Source: Lama glama
Taxonomy: Eukaryota
DNA length: 64,000 bases
Assembly: GCA_028534125.1 (NCBI GenBank)
Contig: CM052816.1
Location: 16,742,001-16,806,000, forward strand
Direction: 5' to 3'
The notes beneath the pieces were generated by a model that made no database searches, was not told the DNA's origin, and saw nothing but the letters and a program-made list of their open reading frames with translations. A program made the translations under genes and the position numbers. Shown piece after piece: positions 12,994 to 28,689 of the stretch (position 1 is the first letter of the stretch; every line of letters starts with the position of its first letter).

Positions 12994-13804
12994 CTATTCT
13001 CCAATGCTCTGGAATAATATAATGTAGAACCAAAGAATCAAAACTCACATTGCCCTAAACTTCCTATACATAAGAAGAGTGATTCTAATCTTCCTTACTT
13101 AACAGAGACTCAGCATTTTTTGGAGGTATAGTTTTCCTTTAAAACATATCTCCTGCTCAAACTGTGTAGCCATACCTTATGTTCAAACTGCAGGTTATGT
13201 CCTGCTGTAAGTAGACTAACTGTACACTTTCTCAAGACCTCTTCAAACTCTAGGATCCTATGGATTTAAGGCCATGAAGAGTAAAGCTTCTCTGGCAAGT
13301 TAAGAGGGTTGGTTTCTAATCTTTATCTGTCGTAACCCATTAAAGGACAGTACAAGAGAAGGATCTTCAAGTGTGTAGCATCAAAAGCAAATGAGTGGCA
13401 GGAAATATACCAAAGTAATGATACTGATAATCCCTGAACCCTGAGATTTTGAGTTATTTATCTTTAAAAATTTTGTTTTTTAAAACTTTCATAATTAACA
13501 CACATTAATTTTACACTGAGACAGCAGACTGCAAATGCAGCAAAACATCACTTTAATGCTTCATTTTTCTGTGCAAGTGACCTGGCTTTTTCACCTGTCA
13601 CCCCACAGTTGAACTGGCTGATGGAACAAGTAGGCTGGTTTGCCCTTTCTTTTTTATTCCCCTTTGTGACGGTACATACTCAGTGTTAAAAGGCAGCATT
13701 CCCAAAAAGAGAGTAACTCTGGTCAAAGATACAGAAGTACCACTCATCTCTGCTACAATCATCCCTTTGGGCACCTACGACACATCAGTCCTTTGAGAGA
13801 TTTA

Positions 13805-14083
<279 letters not shown>

Positions 14084-14682
14084 TTATAGATCTTACAAGT
14101 GAAAACATACTCAAGGATGCTCTTAAATGGGTAACGCTGGGAAAATGAAGTATATGTGTTTATCAATAAACAATTGCCATCTCTTTTCTAGTGTTTTAAG
14201 ACTGATTTCAAGCTTAATTGATACTGTCATTAGCTTTGGCCACTGAATCAATTCTATCCCCCCAAATGATCTCTCCTTCAAAAACAAAGCAGATACAGGC
14301 ATTATAAATATTCAAATGAAGTGTGGCTTTCACAGTGATTTAGGATGATTTCGCAAAGAGGTAGTTGTATAGCACAGTACTCAGACTTTCATGCTTTTTT
14401 TTTCACTTTTATCTTATACAGTATCTTCAAAACTAAGAATTATCTCCTTGGATGGAATCTTTGAGAGGAAACTTTCTAACTACTGTATTTAACTTATGGA
14501 CTGGGCCTATCTGGCTGTTATGGAAATCAATGACAAAAGCAAACATATTAAAAACTATTCTGGATATTGTTAGTTTCTCCAGCACCTGCCACTTCACCGT
14601 GTATCACCTCTACACATAACCCTGACTACCAATCTCCCTCTATGGGTGAAATAGAAACAACAGTGTCCAAAAAGGTCAATTA

Positions 14683-14862
<180 letters not shown>

Positions 14863-14910
14863 TTAGAGGGTAGGGGAAGAAAAGAGGCAGAGTTCACTTT
14901 TCTGTGATTA

Positions 14911-15117
<207 letters not shown>

Positions 15118-15445
15118 CTAAAAGGTTTAGAGGACTAAGCTCTTACTTTCAGACTTGTAAACCCCCCTAATGGACTAGGTGGGCTTTGTTTTCCTCAGCC
15201 ACTGCTTTAGTACATACCACATTTTTCCATCTCGAACTGAAAGTGCTCCACACATCTTGTGTGATCATGTGCTTAAGTCCAGGTGTGCTCTAGGAGCCAT
15301 GTGATTGCCAAGTGACCGACCTGGCTAGCACCAGGATGGAACATTCCTCCCACCAAGAGGAGGTAACTTGTCATTTCTGGGGTAGGGCTGGGCATATAGA
15401 TGCTTACTTTCTAGTATGCCATTACTAAACCAGATATCAAAGCTA

Positions 15446-15655
<210 letters not shown>

Positions 15656-16309
15656 TTAAGAAATACGTTTAGCTCAGGGCTAAGGGAGAGAATAGGAGGG
15701 TTTTCTGTGGACAGCCTCTTCTTCTCCATGACGATTTACTGTTCCCTCCCAGTTTCAGAATCTATGGATTTCAACATGTCAGCTACAGCAAATGGAAACT
15801 ACTACTCCATTACTATACTTGATTCTCACTGCAGGGAGTCGGGGAGAACCCTCAAGAAATCACTTCTGTTGCTCTGGTATCTATCACTGTTTTGAGGTGA
15901 GAGGATGAAAAAGTGACAAATGCAACTCTGAGAATATGTCCTTGCACCTAGAATGAAAAATTGTCCAGACAATTCCATAATCTCCCCCTTCCTCAAGTAT
16001 CTGCTAAAGTATAAAAACCAGGAAGTGCTATTACACTATCACACAGACTTGTGTGGCCTTATAACATTTACCTAGCAAAGTACCACCCACTTGCAGCCAC
16101 CTTTGCCTCACTCCATATCACACTTTAGGATTTTCCTCTAAAGGTGTTATTAATGCCAGATCACAACCTCACAGGAATTTTAACTGCCCTTTTAAGAACA
16201 CAGAGCCACACAGCTGAAAATAAAAGGATCCACTATGTATTTTTAGGAACCTTCTGATTTTTAAAAATCCAAGAAAACTCGAAGTAGGAATAAACTTACT
16301 ATATGTCTA

Positions 16310-16747
<438 letters not shown>

Positions 16748-17789
16748 TCACGTTTGTATTCACAAGTTCTGATCTACCTGATTAAATTTCATAAAATTTA
16801 CATAAAGGTCTTTTGTAGTTGAAGGGGAGAATCTATTAAAGTCTATATTTTATAATTCTCTATCCTTCATATTTTGCTTTATATTTATGAAAGAGAAGCA
16901 CAGAAAGATTCCCTGTGCCACAAGAGATTTGAGACCTAAGAAATATCTTTGGTATTCAGCCCTGTTTTAAGCATATGCCTTCAGACTGCAGGGTTCACAA
17001 AATGCTGGAACTGAGTGGAAAAGAACATTTACTTTGAGGGTTATGAGTTTTTTCTGGCCAGCATGCCCATGGGATATAATACTTCAGTTAAGTAACTGAC
17101 TTATCAAGGCAGTGATTTTTTTTTTAAACCAGGGTGTGGACCCCAATAGAGGTCTGTACCAGAGTATGCAAGAAAACTATATATTCTCAATGTAGTCACC
17201 AACTCCTCAGTTCTTCCCCTACCAAGAATCTCTCATCTTTTTCAGCTGGTGGGAAAGCTCAGGCCCAAAGATGAAGGTGACGTACCTAATGTCACAGAAC
17301 TGAAGGAAGGGGAGGGCTTTTGTAAACTTAATAACCCAATGCCTGAAGTATCACTAATCATTATCTCTATAGAGTACATGTAATCATATAACATCCCAGG
17401 AAAATTAAAAAAGAAAAAGGATAACTGGGAGTTGGAACAAGTACAAATAAAACAGAGCTCAGAGTAATTTTTTTTAAACTTATTTATCTAAAAGAGAAAC
17501 AAATAACCCACATTGTATAGGGCTCAACCACCCACAGTTCATCAAATTTCAGTTATCACTCATAAAATAGAATGAGAATGTTTATGTACTTGTTTGAAAT
17601 CATCTCTGAGATATATTAACTGAAAACAGAAAAGCAATGTGTAAAAACATTTGTGTAAAAAAGGGGGAAAAAACTATATACATATGTTAATATCACTGAA
17701 AGGACACTCATGAAACAGTGGTCATCTACTGAAAGGAAGGCAATAGTGGGAAAGCGACTTTTCACTATAGCTTTTAAATTTTGTACCTT

Positions 17790-18740
17790 ATTAATTTATT
17801 CGTTCAGTAAGTGCTTACTAAATACGAATGAAACACTGTGGCACTAGGACTATAGTGGTGAATGAAACAGACAAAAATGCCTTCAATTGGAGGTGAAACA
17901 GACAATAAACAAAATATACAGAAAGTCAGATGGTAATTAGTGCCATGGAAAAAATAAGTGCAGAGGAAGCAGATGTGAGTGGAAGATGGGAATGATATGG
18001 ACTTTTAAAAAGGGTGATCTAAGAAGGCTTACTGAAGAGGTGACATTTCAGGAGGGAAGAAAGGAAGCTGATGATGAAGCAAGCCATGTGGTGGCATGAG
18101 AAAGAGAGTTGTAGATGGAGGAAAGGACAAGTGCAAAGATTCTGTAGAGGGAGAGTGCCTGGCCATATTCAAAGAACAGCAAGACGGTGGATATGGCCAG
18201 AACAGAGCGGACAAGTGGGAGAGTGGTAGTTAAGGCCAGGGAAGTGAGGGGAAGTTAGGGCTAGAACCTTATAGCCCACTGAAAGGACTCTGCTTATATT
18301 ATGAAATAGGAAGCCCTTGAAGGATTTCAGGCAGAGGTGACATGATCTGACTTATATCTTAAAAAGGGTGACTCTAGCTGCTGTGTTGAAACTAGACTAT
18401 AGAGTAGAAAGGGAAGAAATAAAGAGGACCTGTAAGGAGTTTACTGGAAAAATTCAGGCAAGAGAGGATGTTAATTCAAACCAGAGAGAAGGCAGTGGAG
18501 GTGATGAGAAATGCGTGGACTCTAAATACATTTTGAAGATCAAACTGAAAGGATCTGCTAACGGATTAGATATGAAAATGTGAGAAAAGGGAGTCCCAAA
18601 TGACTCCAAGACTTTTGGCCTAGGAACTGGAAGCCACTGATTGAGAGGCAAACTAAAGGAGGAGCAGGATAACAGGCAGATCAGGAGTGTGGTCTCAGAT
18701 GTATTAAGTTTGAGGCATCTTTTAGATATCCAAGAGAATA
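17790..18740 (-). mobile_element. L2 LINE fragment
   Basis: L2 3' terminus (atttattcgttcagtaagtgcttac...) followed by the purine-rich L2 body. Confidence 0.75.
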
Positions 18741-18999
18741 TGAATGTACTGCTCTGGTTACAAGAAAAAAATTTTTAATGTCTGTTACTGTCAAGAAGAT
18801 AAATTTCTGCTGATGACAAAAAAATTTCAACATCTCAATTTCTACTGACTTCCTAACATGGCACAAAAGGTTTGCTACTTAAAATGATCTCAAACATTTC
18901 CAAAATTTAATATAAAGGAAGATCTCGTCAGCTGGACAGATAATGTAGAGAACACAAATCACCCACATACTCTCTAAACCATCTCTAATGGTTCCTTCA

Positions 19000-19422
<423 letters not shown>

Positions 19423-19579
19423 CTACGTACGGTTTGTCTGGGCCAAGCCTGACGAGCTATGACTATGGCAGGTCTCATGGCCAAGGAGAAGCTCTCCTAC
19501 TTCTTCCTTTCTTTTCCAGATCTGGATTTCAAACTTCCTTTTGTTCCCATCCATCTTTCGTCTCCCTCACTTTCTAAGA

Positions 19580-19900
19580 GAGTGTTTCTTCAAGTGGGTC
19601 TCCAGAATACTTGTATTGGAATCACCTGGAGTGCTTGTTAAAAATGGAGATTCTTGGTCTTACTCTGAGAGATTCTCTCATTTAATATTTCTGGGGTGGG
19701 GGGGAGGGCACAGGAATCTGCATTTTTAACAATCCCCCAGGTGATTCTTGTGCCCATTGAAAAACAAATCTAGCCCTTAATCCTGGCTGAGTAACAGAAC
19801 CATCTGGGAGGCTTGTTAAAAATCTTAATATCAATTCTGACTAAAGAGGTCTGGGGTAGAGCCCAGGCACCTATGTGCCTTTTTTAAAAAAGCTCCACTT
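19580..19900. mobile_element. Two adjacent MER5-type hAT-Charlie fossils
   Basis: gaatcacctggagtgcttgttaaaaatggagattc and caggaatctgcatttttaacaa...ccaggtgattct are MER5A/B hallmarks. Confidence 0.7.
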
Positions 19901-20017
19901 CTAGAAAGAAGTTGAAAGAGATTCCCTCATTTTACGTGGTCAGCCAGAGAAAGCAAGTAGCATGTTTCATAAATGTGGATGGTAATGTGTTAGTCTGAAG
20001 AATCCCAGAATAATTCA

Positions 20018-20341
<324 letters not shown>

Positions 20342-20809
20342 CTAAAGCACAGAAAGCCAACATGATTAAAGTGCTGTCCTTGTGCAGAAAAAAACATAAT
20401 GCAAATAGTAATGGCTGCTGACACTAAATAGGTCTGGGAAAATAATTTGAAACTGTCCCGTAAACTGCTATCTCATTCATTCATTCATTTAACATATTTA
20501 CTGAGTCCTACAACGTGACAGTTTCTCTGGGAAGAGCAGTGAACAAGACTTGAAAATAAAACAGGGTTTTTGTTTAGCATGCCTGAGGCTCAGTTTCTGC
20601 AATGGCAAATTGGCGATTATAACTTGACCACATAGAGCGGTTCTGAGGATTAAATGAGATAGTATATGCAAAGAGCTCAGCACAGGGTCTGGCATACAAA
20701 AATGCTCAATAAAATGTTTATTATTCTATTATTGAATTTTCTAGATGGTTTGCTCTAATATGTCAACTCTACTGAAAATATATCTTGATAACTCTCAGCA
20801 TTAATTCTT

Positions 20810-20957
20810 TTTTTTTCAAATTGAAGTATAGGCAGTTACAATGTGTCAATTTCTGGTGTACAACATAAAATTTCAGTCATACCTATAAATACGTATATTC
20901 GTTTTCATATTCTTTTTAGCCATAAGTTACTACAAGATATTGAATATACTTCCCTGT
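20810..20957 (-). mobile_element. Short L1 3' end with TSD
   Basis: T-tail plus ttgaagtataggcagttacaatgtgtc; flanking tcagcatta(a/t)ttctt at 20795 and 20958. Confidence 0.8.
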
Positions 20958-21566
20958 TCAGCATTATTTCTTGTATATCTTATTGATCATGTGTTAGTGG
21001 CATTCCTGAAAAGCCATCTAAATGTAAGCAGTGTGTGTGGTTTTTATTTTCTTAAAATAGCCTCTTATTCAAAATAGTTACCATCAAACCGGAATGACCT
21101 CCACCTCTGACAGAGCAAGAGAAAAACCACTGCCTCTCTCTGGAGGCTCTGGATTGCTTTCAGGGTAGAATGATTCCAGATCAGCAGACCAATAGTCACA
21201 TTTTTGTCCTCAGTACCTAATACGACATGGCAGGGACCATGCACACAGACAGGACTATATTCCTTGTGACTGTTTCTATACTCTTCACCTACTCAAGGAT
21301 TCTGAGGTATAAATCTTGACATAATGCAAATACTCTGTGCTATTTATCAGCCAAGCCAGAATTGGTTTTGAGGACGAATGAAGAGAAAGTCATTCCAGTC
21401 AGGGAATTTAAATCCCCTGAATAACGTCTGGGGCTCTCTCTAGACAGGATTCCCTATCCCCTAAATCTGTAGGAGTCCTACAGCAGCCTGGGACAGTGGA
21501 GATGAAAATGGGACATTTCCTAGTCCTAAGAACTTAAGATTCTCTCAGTTGTTCCTGTACACACTA

Positions 21567-21970
<404 letters not shown>

Positions 21971-22676
21971 CATTCCCTCCCTCCTTTAGTAAACATTAAC
22001 AAGGTGTCCTCCAGCCAAAACTGTAGGGGAAGATTCCTTAATAGTTCAGCATGTCAACATTTTGAATTGTATACTTGAGATTCATGTACATTATTGTAAG
22101 TTATACCTCAAAAAAAAATACACCAATATAAACTTCACACAAACATTTAACTAATGCTTAGATCAGCAGGGAGCAGGCATCTAACCACTGCACTCAGGGA
22201 GCTCTTCTGCTTGAAAGCACTGGGGTATAAAGGATCCAGGGGGTACCTCCCCAAAGTGGAGGAGAATATGGGCAGTAGATTCACCAACTTCAATGTGTGT
22301 ATGTTAATGGAAGTATGAAGCTGGAAACAGACTTTCTGGAGGAATCACTAAAGTAAGCTACTGTTAAGCTGCCTTCTTCATGGATTCAAGAGGTTTGATT
22401 AGCTTTAGCTGGATTTTTACAAGCCTAAAACCAAAGGTCTTTCTAGAAGTGAGGGGACTGGCTTTTTCTATTCTGCCAACTATAGGAATGTAAAATGACA
22501 TCTGAAAAGCAACCAACCTCTTCCACTAGAAAGGTGAGGCAAAGTGTGTGCACTAGCTGCATACAATCTAACATTTCTAAAGATTCAAATTCTCAGAGAA
22601 ATCTGATGAGGCTTAAAAAAAGTCAGGCTGAGATAAACCATTTCACCAAATTTTATGGTAAATTATAGCTCAATTA

Positions 22677-22847
<171 letters not shown>

Positions 22848-23396
22848 TCACTTATTTTATAAGGGTCACAAGAGATGTATCCTCACTGAGTCATAGTTTC
22901 AGACTCTAAAGGCCAATTTTCTCATGGGTCAAAGAAGATAACAGCTAACACTTAAAAATGCTGCTTCACTGAGGTATAATTCACATAAAATTAATACAAC
23001 AATTTAAAAGTGTACACTTCAGTGAATTTCGACAAATGGAGTTGTAGAACATTATCACAATCATGACACTGAACATTTCCACCCCCCACCTGAAGTTCCC
23101 TTCAGCCCTTTGCAGTCAATATCCTTTCTTCAAACCCTGGCCACCAATGATAAACTTTCTAATACTTAGAAAACTGCGTTTTCTAGAATTTCATATAATT
23201 GGAAGCATATAGTATGTCACTTGTGTGGGCTTTTCTGATTTAGCATAATGATTTTGAGATTTATCCATATGATTGCATTATCAGTAATTCATTCCTTTTT
23301 ATGGCTGAGAGCTATTCCATATTATAGATGTACCACATTTTGTTCACCCATTCATCAGGTAGTGAATGGTTGGACTATTTCCAATTATTGGCTATT

Positions 23397-23694
23397 TTTT
23401 AAAACTTTTTTTTTTTTATGGAGTTATAGTCAGTTTACAACATTGTGTCAATTTCCAGTGTAGAGCACAATTTTTCAGTTATATATGAACATATATATAT
23501 TCATTGTCACATTCTTTTTTGCTGTGAGCTACCACAAGATCTTGCATATATTTCCCTGTGCTATACAGTATAATCTTGTTTATCTATTCTACATATGCCT
23601 GTCAGTATCTACAAATTTTGAACTCCCAGTCTGTCCCTTCCCACCCACCTCCCCTCTGGCAACCACAAGTTTGTATTCTGTATCTATAAGTCTG
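23397..23694 (-). mobile_element. Younger L1 3' end nested in the old L1
   Basis: TSD tccaattattg(g/c)ctatt at 23380 and 23695. Confidence 0.85.
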
Positions 23695-26183
23695 TCCAAT
23701 TATTGCCTATTATGATAAAGCTGCTACAAACGTTCAAGTACAAGCCTTTGTGTGGACATGTTTTCATTTCTTTTGTAAATACCTAGAAATGGGATGCTGG
23801 GTCATATGTTAAGTTTATGTTTACATTTATAAGAAATGGCCATACTGTTTTCCAAAGTGATGGTACCAATCTGCATTCCTACCACCAATGATTAATAAGT
23901 TTTAGTTGCTCCATGCCCTTGACAACACTTGGTACTGTCAGTTTTAAAACTTTTAGCTATCCTAGTGAGGACAGTGGTTGTGAGGATAGTTGTGAGTAAT
24001 GACAGTTTTTTCCCATCTGTTTATTTTCCATTGACCTACCTTCTTTAATGAAGTACCTGTTCAAATGTTTTGCCCATTTAAAAACTTGACCATTTGTCTT
24101 GTTATTGAGTTTAAGAGGTGTTTATTATGGATATAAGTCCTTCAGCAAATATGTGATCAGCAAATCTTTCTCCCAGTCTGTGGCTTGTCTTTTTATTTAC
24201 CTAATATATTTTGAAAAGCAGTTTTTAAATCTGATTTCTTTTGCTTTTTGTGTCTTATCTAAGAAATATTTATCTAACCCAAGGACACAAAGATCTCCTA
24301 ATTTTTTTCTAGAGGGTTAGAGTTTTAATTTTTATGTTTAGGTCTATGATTTACTAGAGTTATTTGTTTATAATATGAATAAAAACAGAAGTTCATTTGA
24401 TTTATTTGAATACGGATATACAGTAATTCCAGTACCCTTCGCTGAAAGGACTATATTTCCCCATTCAATTATCTTATCTTGGCACTTTTGTCAACTAATC
24501 AGTTAACTGTTTATGAGTGGGTTTACTTCTAGGATCCGTTCTGTCCATAGTGTCTTGATTACTATAGCTTTATAGAAAGTCTTAAAATGAATTAGTATAA
24601 ATCCTCCAGCTTCATTCTTTTTCAAAATTGTTTTGGTTAAGCTAGGTCTTTTGTATTTCATATAAATTTTAGAAACAGCTTGTCAATTTCTACAAAAAAG
24701 CCTTTTGGGATTTGGATTGTAATTGCATTTAACTGCAGATCAATTTGGAAGAACTGACATCTTAATATTCAGTCTTCTATCCATGAATATGGTACATATC
24801 TCCATTTATTTATTTGGTCTTTAATTTCTCTTAGCAATATGCTATAGTCTTCAGAATATATGTCTTCTACATATTTGCTAAATTTTCCCCTAATTGTTCA
24901 CTGACAGCAAAATAGAACTGAATTCTGTTATGTTGACTTCGTGTCCTGCAATCTTGCTAAACTTATTTACTAGTTTTGGTAGCTTTACTGTCAATTTCTT
25001 GGGATTTTCTACATAGATGATTAAGTCATCTGAGAATAAAACTACTCTTTCCAATCTAAATGCCTTTTAAAAAAATAAATGCTCTTCCTTGTCTTTTATT
25101 TCTTCATGCTGACTAATAACTTCAGTTCAATGTTTAAAAGAAGTTGTGAAGAGTCGACCTTCTTCCTTTGCTCCTTATTTTAAGTGGAAAAGTTCAATCT
25201 TTCACATTATGTAAGATGTTTCTATCTATATACCTAGTTTAGTGTTTTTTAACTTTTCTTTATCACCCCCCAAAAGAATCTTTTTAGACTTCTTTTTTGG
25301 TACTTGTGCTACCCACCACAAGAAATTTGAATACAAGATATACTGTGTATCTGTTTATTTGTACCATTTTATTTTTTTGGTTTCATTTTTCCTCATTCTT
25401 TTGAATTAGCTGAAAATTTTTAATAATATGATTTCATTTCCACTTTTGGCTTATTAGCTATTTCTCTTAGTTTTTCAGTGCTTGCTCTAGGGTTAGTAGT
25501 ATCTTAAACTTATCACAGTCTATCTTCAAATACTATACCACTTCACAAATAGTCTAAGATCCTTAACAAAATATTTTCATTTCCCCCTCCTTTCCTTTGT
25601 GCCATTAGTACAAATTTTAGTTTTACATACATTATAAACCCCATAATACATCATCACTACTTTTGCTTTAAACAATTACCTTTTCAAAAGATTAAAAATA
25701 AGAGAAGAATGAATTAACAAATGTTGGCAAGGATGTGGAGAAAAGGGAACTCTCACACACTGTTTGTGGAAATGTAAATTGGTGCGGCCACTGAAGAAAA
25801 TAGCATGTAGGGTTCTCAAAACACTAAAAATAGAACTGTATGATCTAGCAATTCCACTCTTGAGTATACATCCGAAAAAACCAAAAACACTAACTTGAAA
25901 AGATAGATGCACCCCAGTGTTCATAGCAGCATATTCACAACTGCCAAGATATGGAAGCAACCTAAGTGTCCATCAATTGATGAATGACTAAAGAAGATGT
26001 GGTATATATATATACAATGGAATTCTACTCAGCCATAAAAAAAGAACAAAATTTTGCCATGTGCAGCAACATGAATGGAGTTGGAGGGCATTATGCTAAG
26101 TGAAATTAGTCAGACAGAGAAAGACAAACACTGTATGATATCACCACGTGGAATCTAAAAAATAAAACAAATTAGTGAATATA

Positions 26184-26339
26184 GGGGGAAAGGTATAGCT
26201 CAACAGGTAGAGCACAAGCTCAATACCCCAGAGGTCCCGGGTTCATTGGTACCCGGGTACCAATCCCCGGTACCTCCTCCAAGCTGAAATCAATGAAGAA
26301 ATCTAGTTACGCCCCACTCAAGAAACAAACAATATCAGC
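26184..26339 (+). mobile_element. Vic-1-type tRNA-derived SINE (atypical copy)
   Basis: gggggaaaggtatagctcaacaggtagagc head; TSD acaaat(t/g)agtgaatata at 26167 and 26340. Confidence 0.8.
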
Positions 26340-26398
26340 ACAAATGAGTGAATATAACAGAAAAGAAGCAGACTCACAAATACAGAGAACAGTGAGTG

Positions 26399-26504
26399 GG
26401 GGGGTGAAATATAGTGGTTGGGGAGTCAGAGGTACAAACTATTGGGTATAAGGGGGGTGAAATATAGTGGTTGGGGAGTCAGAGGTACTAACTATTGGGT
26501 ATAA
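26399..26504. repeat. 53-bp tandem duplication (2 copies)
   Basis: ggggggtgaaatatagtggttggggagtcagaggtac(a/t)aactattgggtataa x2, 1 mismatch. Confidence 0.95.
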
Positions 26505-27645
26505 GATAGGCTCAAGGATGTACTGTACAACATGGAAAAGACAGCCAAATTTTGTAATAACTGTAAATGGAAAGTAACCTTAAAAATTGTATAAAAAATT
26601 TTAAAAATTTAAAAAATAACAAAAAATTGTCCTTTATATGTATCCACATATTTACCATGTAGAATGTTCTTCACTTCTTTGTGTAAATCCAAATTTCCGT
26701 AGCATATTTTCTTCTGCCTGAATAACTACCTTTAACTTTATAGCGTGTATCTGCTGGTGATGAATTCTATCAGCTTTTCTTGGTCTGAAAAACTAGTTCA
26801 CTCTTGAGAGATATTTTCACTAGGTATGATTTCTAGGTTAATGGGTTTATTTTCAGCACTTCAAGATGCTGTTCCACTGTCTCTGGTATATAGGTTTTCT
26901 GATCACTCTTCTCTCTGTTATTTTGTACATGATGTACCTTTTTTCCTTTAGTGCTTTTCAGATTTTCTTTTTATCATTGTTTTTCAGTAAGTTGATTATG
27001 ATGCATTTTGGTGTGGTTTTCTTAATGTTTCTTCTGTTTGCAGATTATTGTTGGGTTTGTGGTTTAATTTTTTTTTCATCAAATTTGGAAGTTTTTTGGA
27101 TTTATTTGTTCAAATATTTTTTCTGTGTCTGCCCTCCTGCCCTTTCTCTTTCTGGAATTCCAATTATATGTTTGTTAGACTGCCCAATACATCCTATAGC
27201 TCAACAAGGCACTCTTCAACTTTCTTTCTTCTCTCTGGGCTTAGTTCTGGATAGTTTCTATTGATATGTCTTCAAGTTCACTGTTTCTTCTGCAGTGTCT
27301 AATCCACTACTAATCCCACCTAGTATAATTTTGGGGGGAGATATTTTTCATCTTTAGAAGCTTCATTTGGGTCTTTTAGAATAAAAATATCTTCTATTTT
27401 TCTCCTCATCATTTCCTTTGTGTCCTCAAGCATATTTAAAAGATTTATAATAGCTGTTTTAAGGTCCTTTTATAATAGTTCCATCACCACTGTCATTTCT
27501 GGATTTTTCTATCATTTGGGTTGGTTTTTTCCCCCAGGTTACTGGTCATATTATTCTGCTTTTGTATACCTTATCATTCTTCATTGAATGCAGAGCTTTG
27601 TAATTTTGATGTTTCAGAGCACTGGATTTTCTTGTAGTCTTTTAA

Positions 27646-27727
27646 CACATTGATTGCTGATTGTGGATCAGGTGCCCCTGAGGAAGCACAATCATCCCCC
27701 ATATTTGTGGATGTGGTGATCAACATG
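27646..27727. mobile_element. Putative piggyBac-type MITE (82 bp, TTAA TSD)
   Basis: TTAA-CACATTGATTGC...GTGATCAACATG-TTAA; all four TIR mismatches are CpG-decay pairs. Confidence 0.7.
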
Positions 27728-28689
27728 TTAAAGAGTGTTTGGTTTTAGTCTGGTGTGTAACTAAGCAACTTGTAGATCAGTCTGAGCCTTCTGAGCTTGC
27801 TTTGCACTCTTTATGGTGGCTCCAGAGCAGCCTTTATTCTGGGACTACATTAGTCCCACTACTAAAGGTGTGACTTTTGGATTCTACCCAGTGTTTCTCC
27901 ACTGTGGCTGATGGGAATAGAAGCTGTGAGTTCAGTATATCATTCAGTTGATTGCCTTGAGGACAACTTCGTCTCATGCATGTGCAGATCTGTACATAAT
28001 CAAAAAACAGGTGATTTCTCTGCAGATCTCTGGTGTTCTCTCTGTGCAGCTCTGACTTCTTCAGTACATTGCCTCACTCTTCTTAGATTCTGATCTCTGC
28101 CTAAACTCAGTGAAACAGCCAAACTCTATGTTAGTTGTCTTTCCTTGTGCTAAAAACTAGAAACTGCCTCCAGGGAGTTAACTGGGACAATGATATGATT
28201 CACCTTGTTTCTTTCCATTTCTTAGGGTTCACAGACTCATGCTACCTGTTATCCAATATCTGAAACTGTGGTTTCACATATTTTGTCTGGTTTTCTAGTT
28301 GTTTATGGCAGGAGGGCAATTTGCATAAAAGCTCATCTTTCACAGGCAAAAATGAAAGATCTAATAACTACATAACATGTAGTACCTAGTGGATGTCAGG
28401 CCCTGTGCTAACCATTTTACATATATCTCATTTAATCCCACAACAATGTCGTGACAGAAGTACTCACATTATCTTTGCTTTATAGACAATGAAACTGAGG
28501 GTCTGAGGGCTTAAGAAACTAGCCCAAGTTACCATAGATAGTATAATAAGATATAGAAGTAGGATTCAGATCCCAGTAGCCTAAGCTCTAAATCACTATA
28601 TTACAATGGTTACACTGTATCTCAGAAGAGGGAAGAATGAGGAAGTCAAGGCGCAAGGAGGAGTCTTGGCATGTAATATAATACAGTAA

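Larger units (their letters stand above)
25705..26620 (+). mobile_element. L1 3' fragment (ORF2 end, 3' UTR, A-tail) nested in the old L1
   Basis: aacaaatgttggcaaggatgtggagaaaagggaac...gcaacctaagtgtccatc...A-rich tail. Confidence 0.85.
22960..28340 (-). mobile_element. Old, fragmented L1M-type LINE (3' end to ORF1/5' region) hosting nested insertions
   Basis: L1 3' UTR at 22960-23390, decayed ORF2 to ~25250, ORF1/5'-type T-rich sequence to ~28340; may be more than one element. Confidence 0.7.

Noticed and set aside
22248..22320. Possible 73-nt cryptic exon in KDM3B intron 12
   Set aside because: Short pyrimidine tract and weak donor (GTACCC); not distinguishable from chance.
26866..27264. 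132-aa membrane-protein-like ORF
   Set aside because: Antisense of a decayed L1 ORF1 region; compositional artefact.
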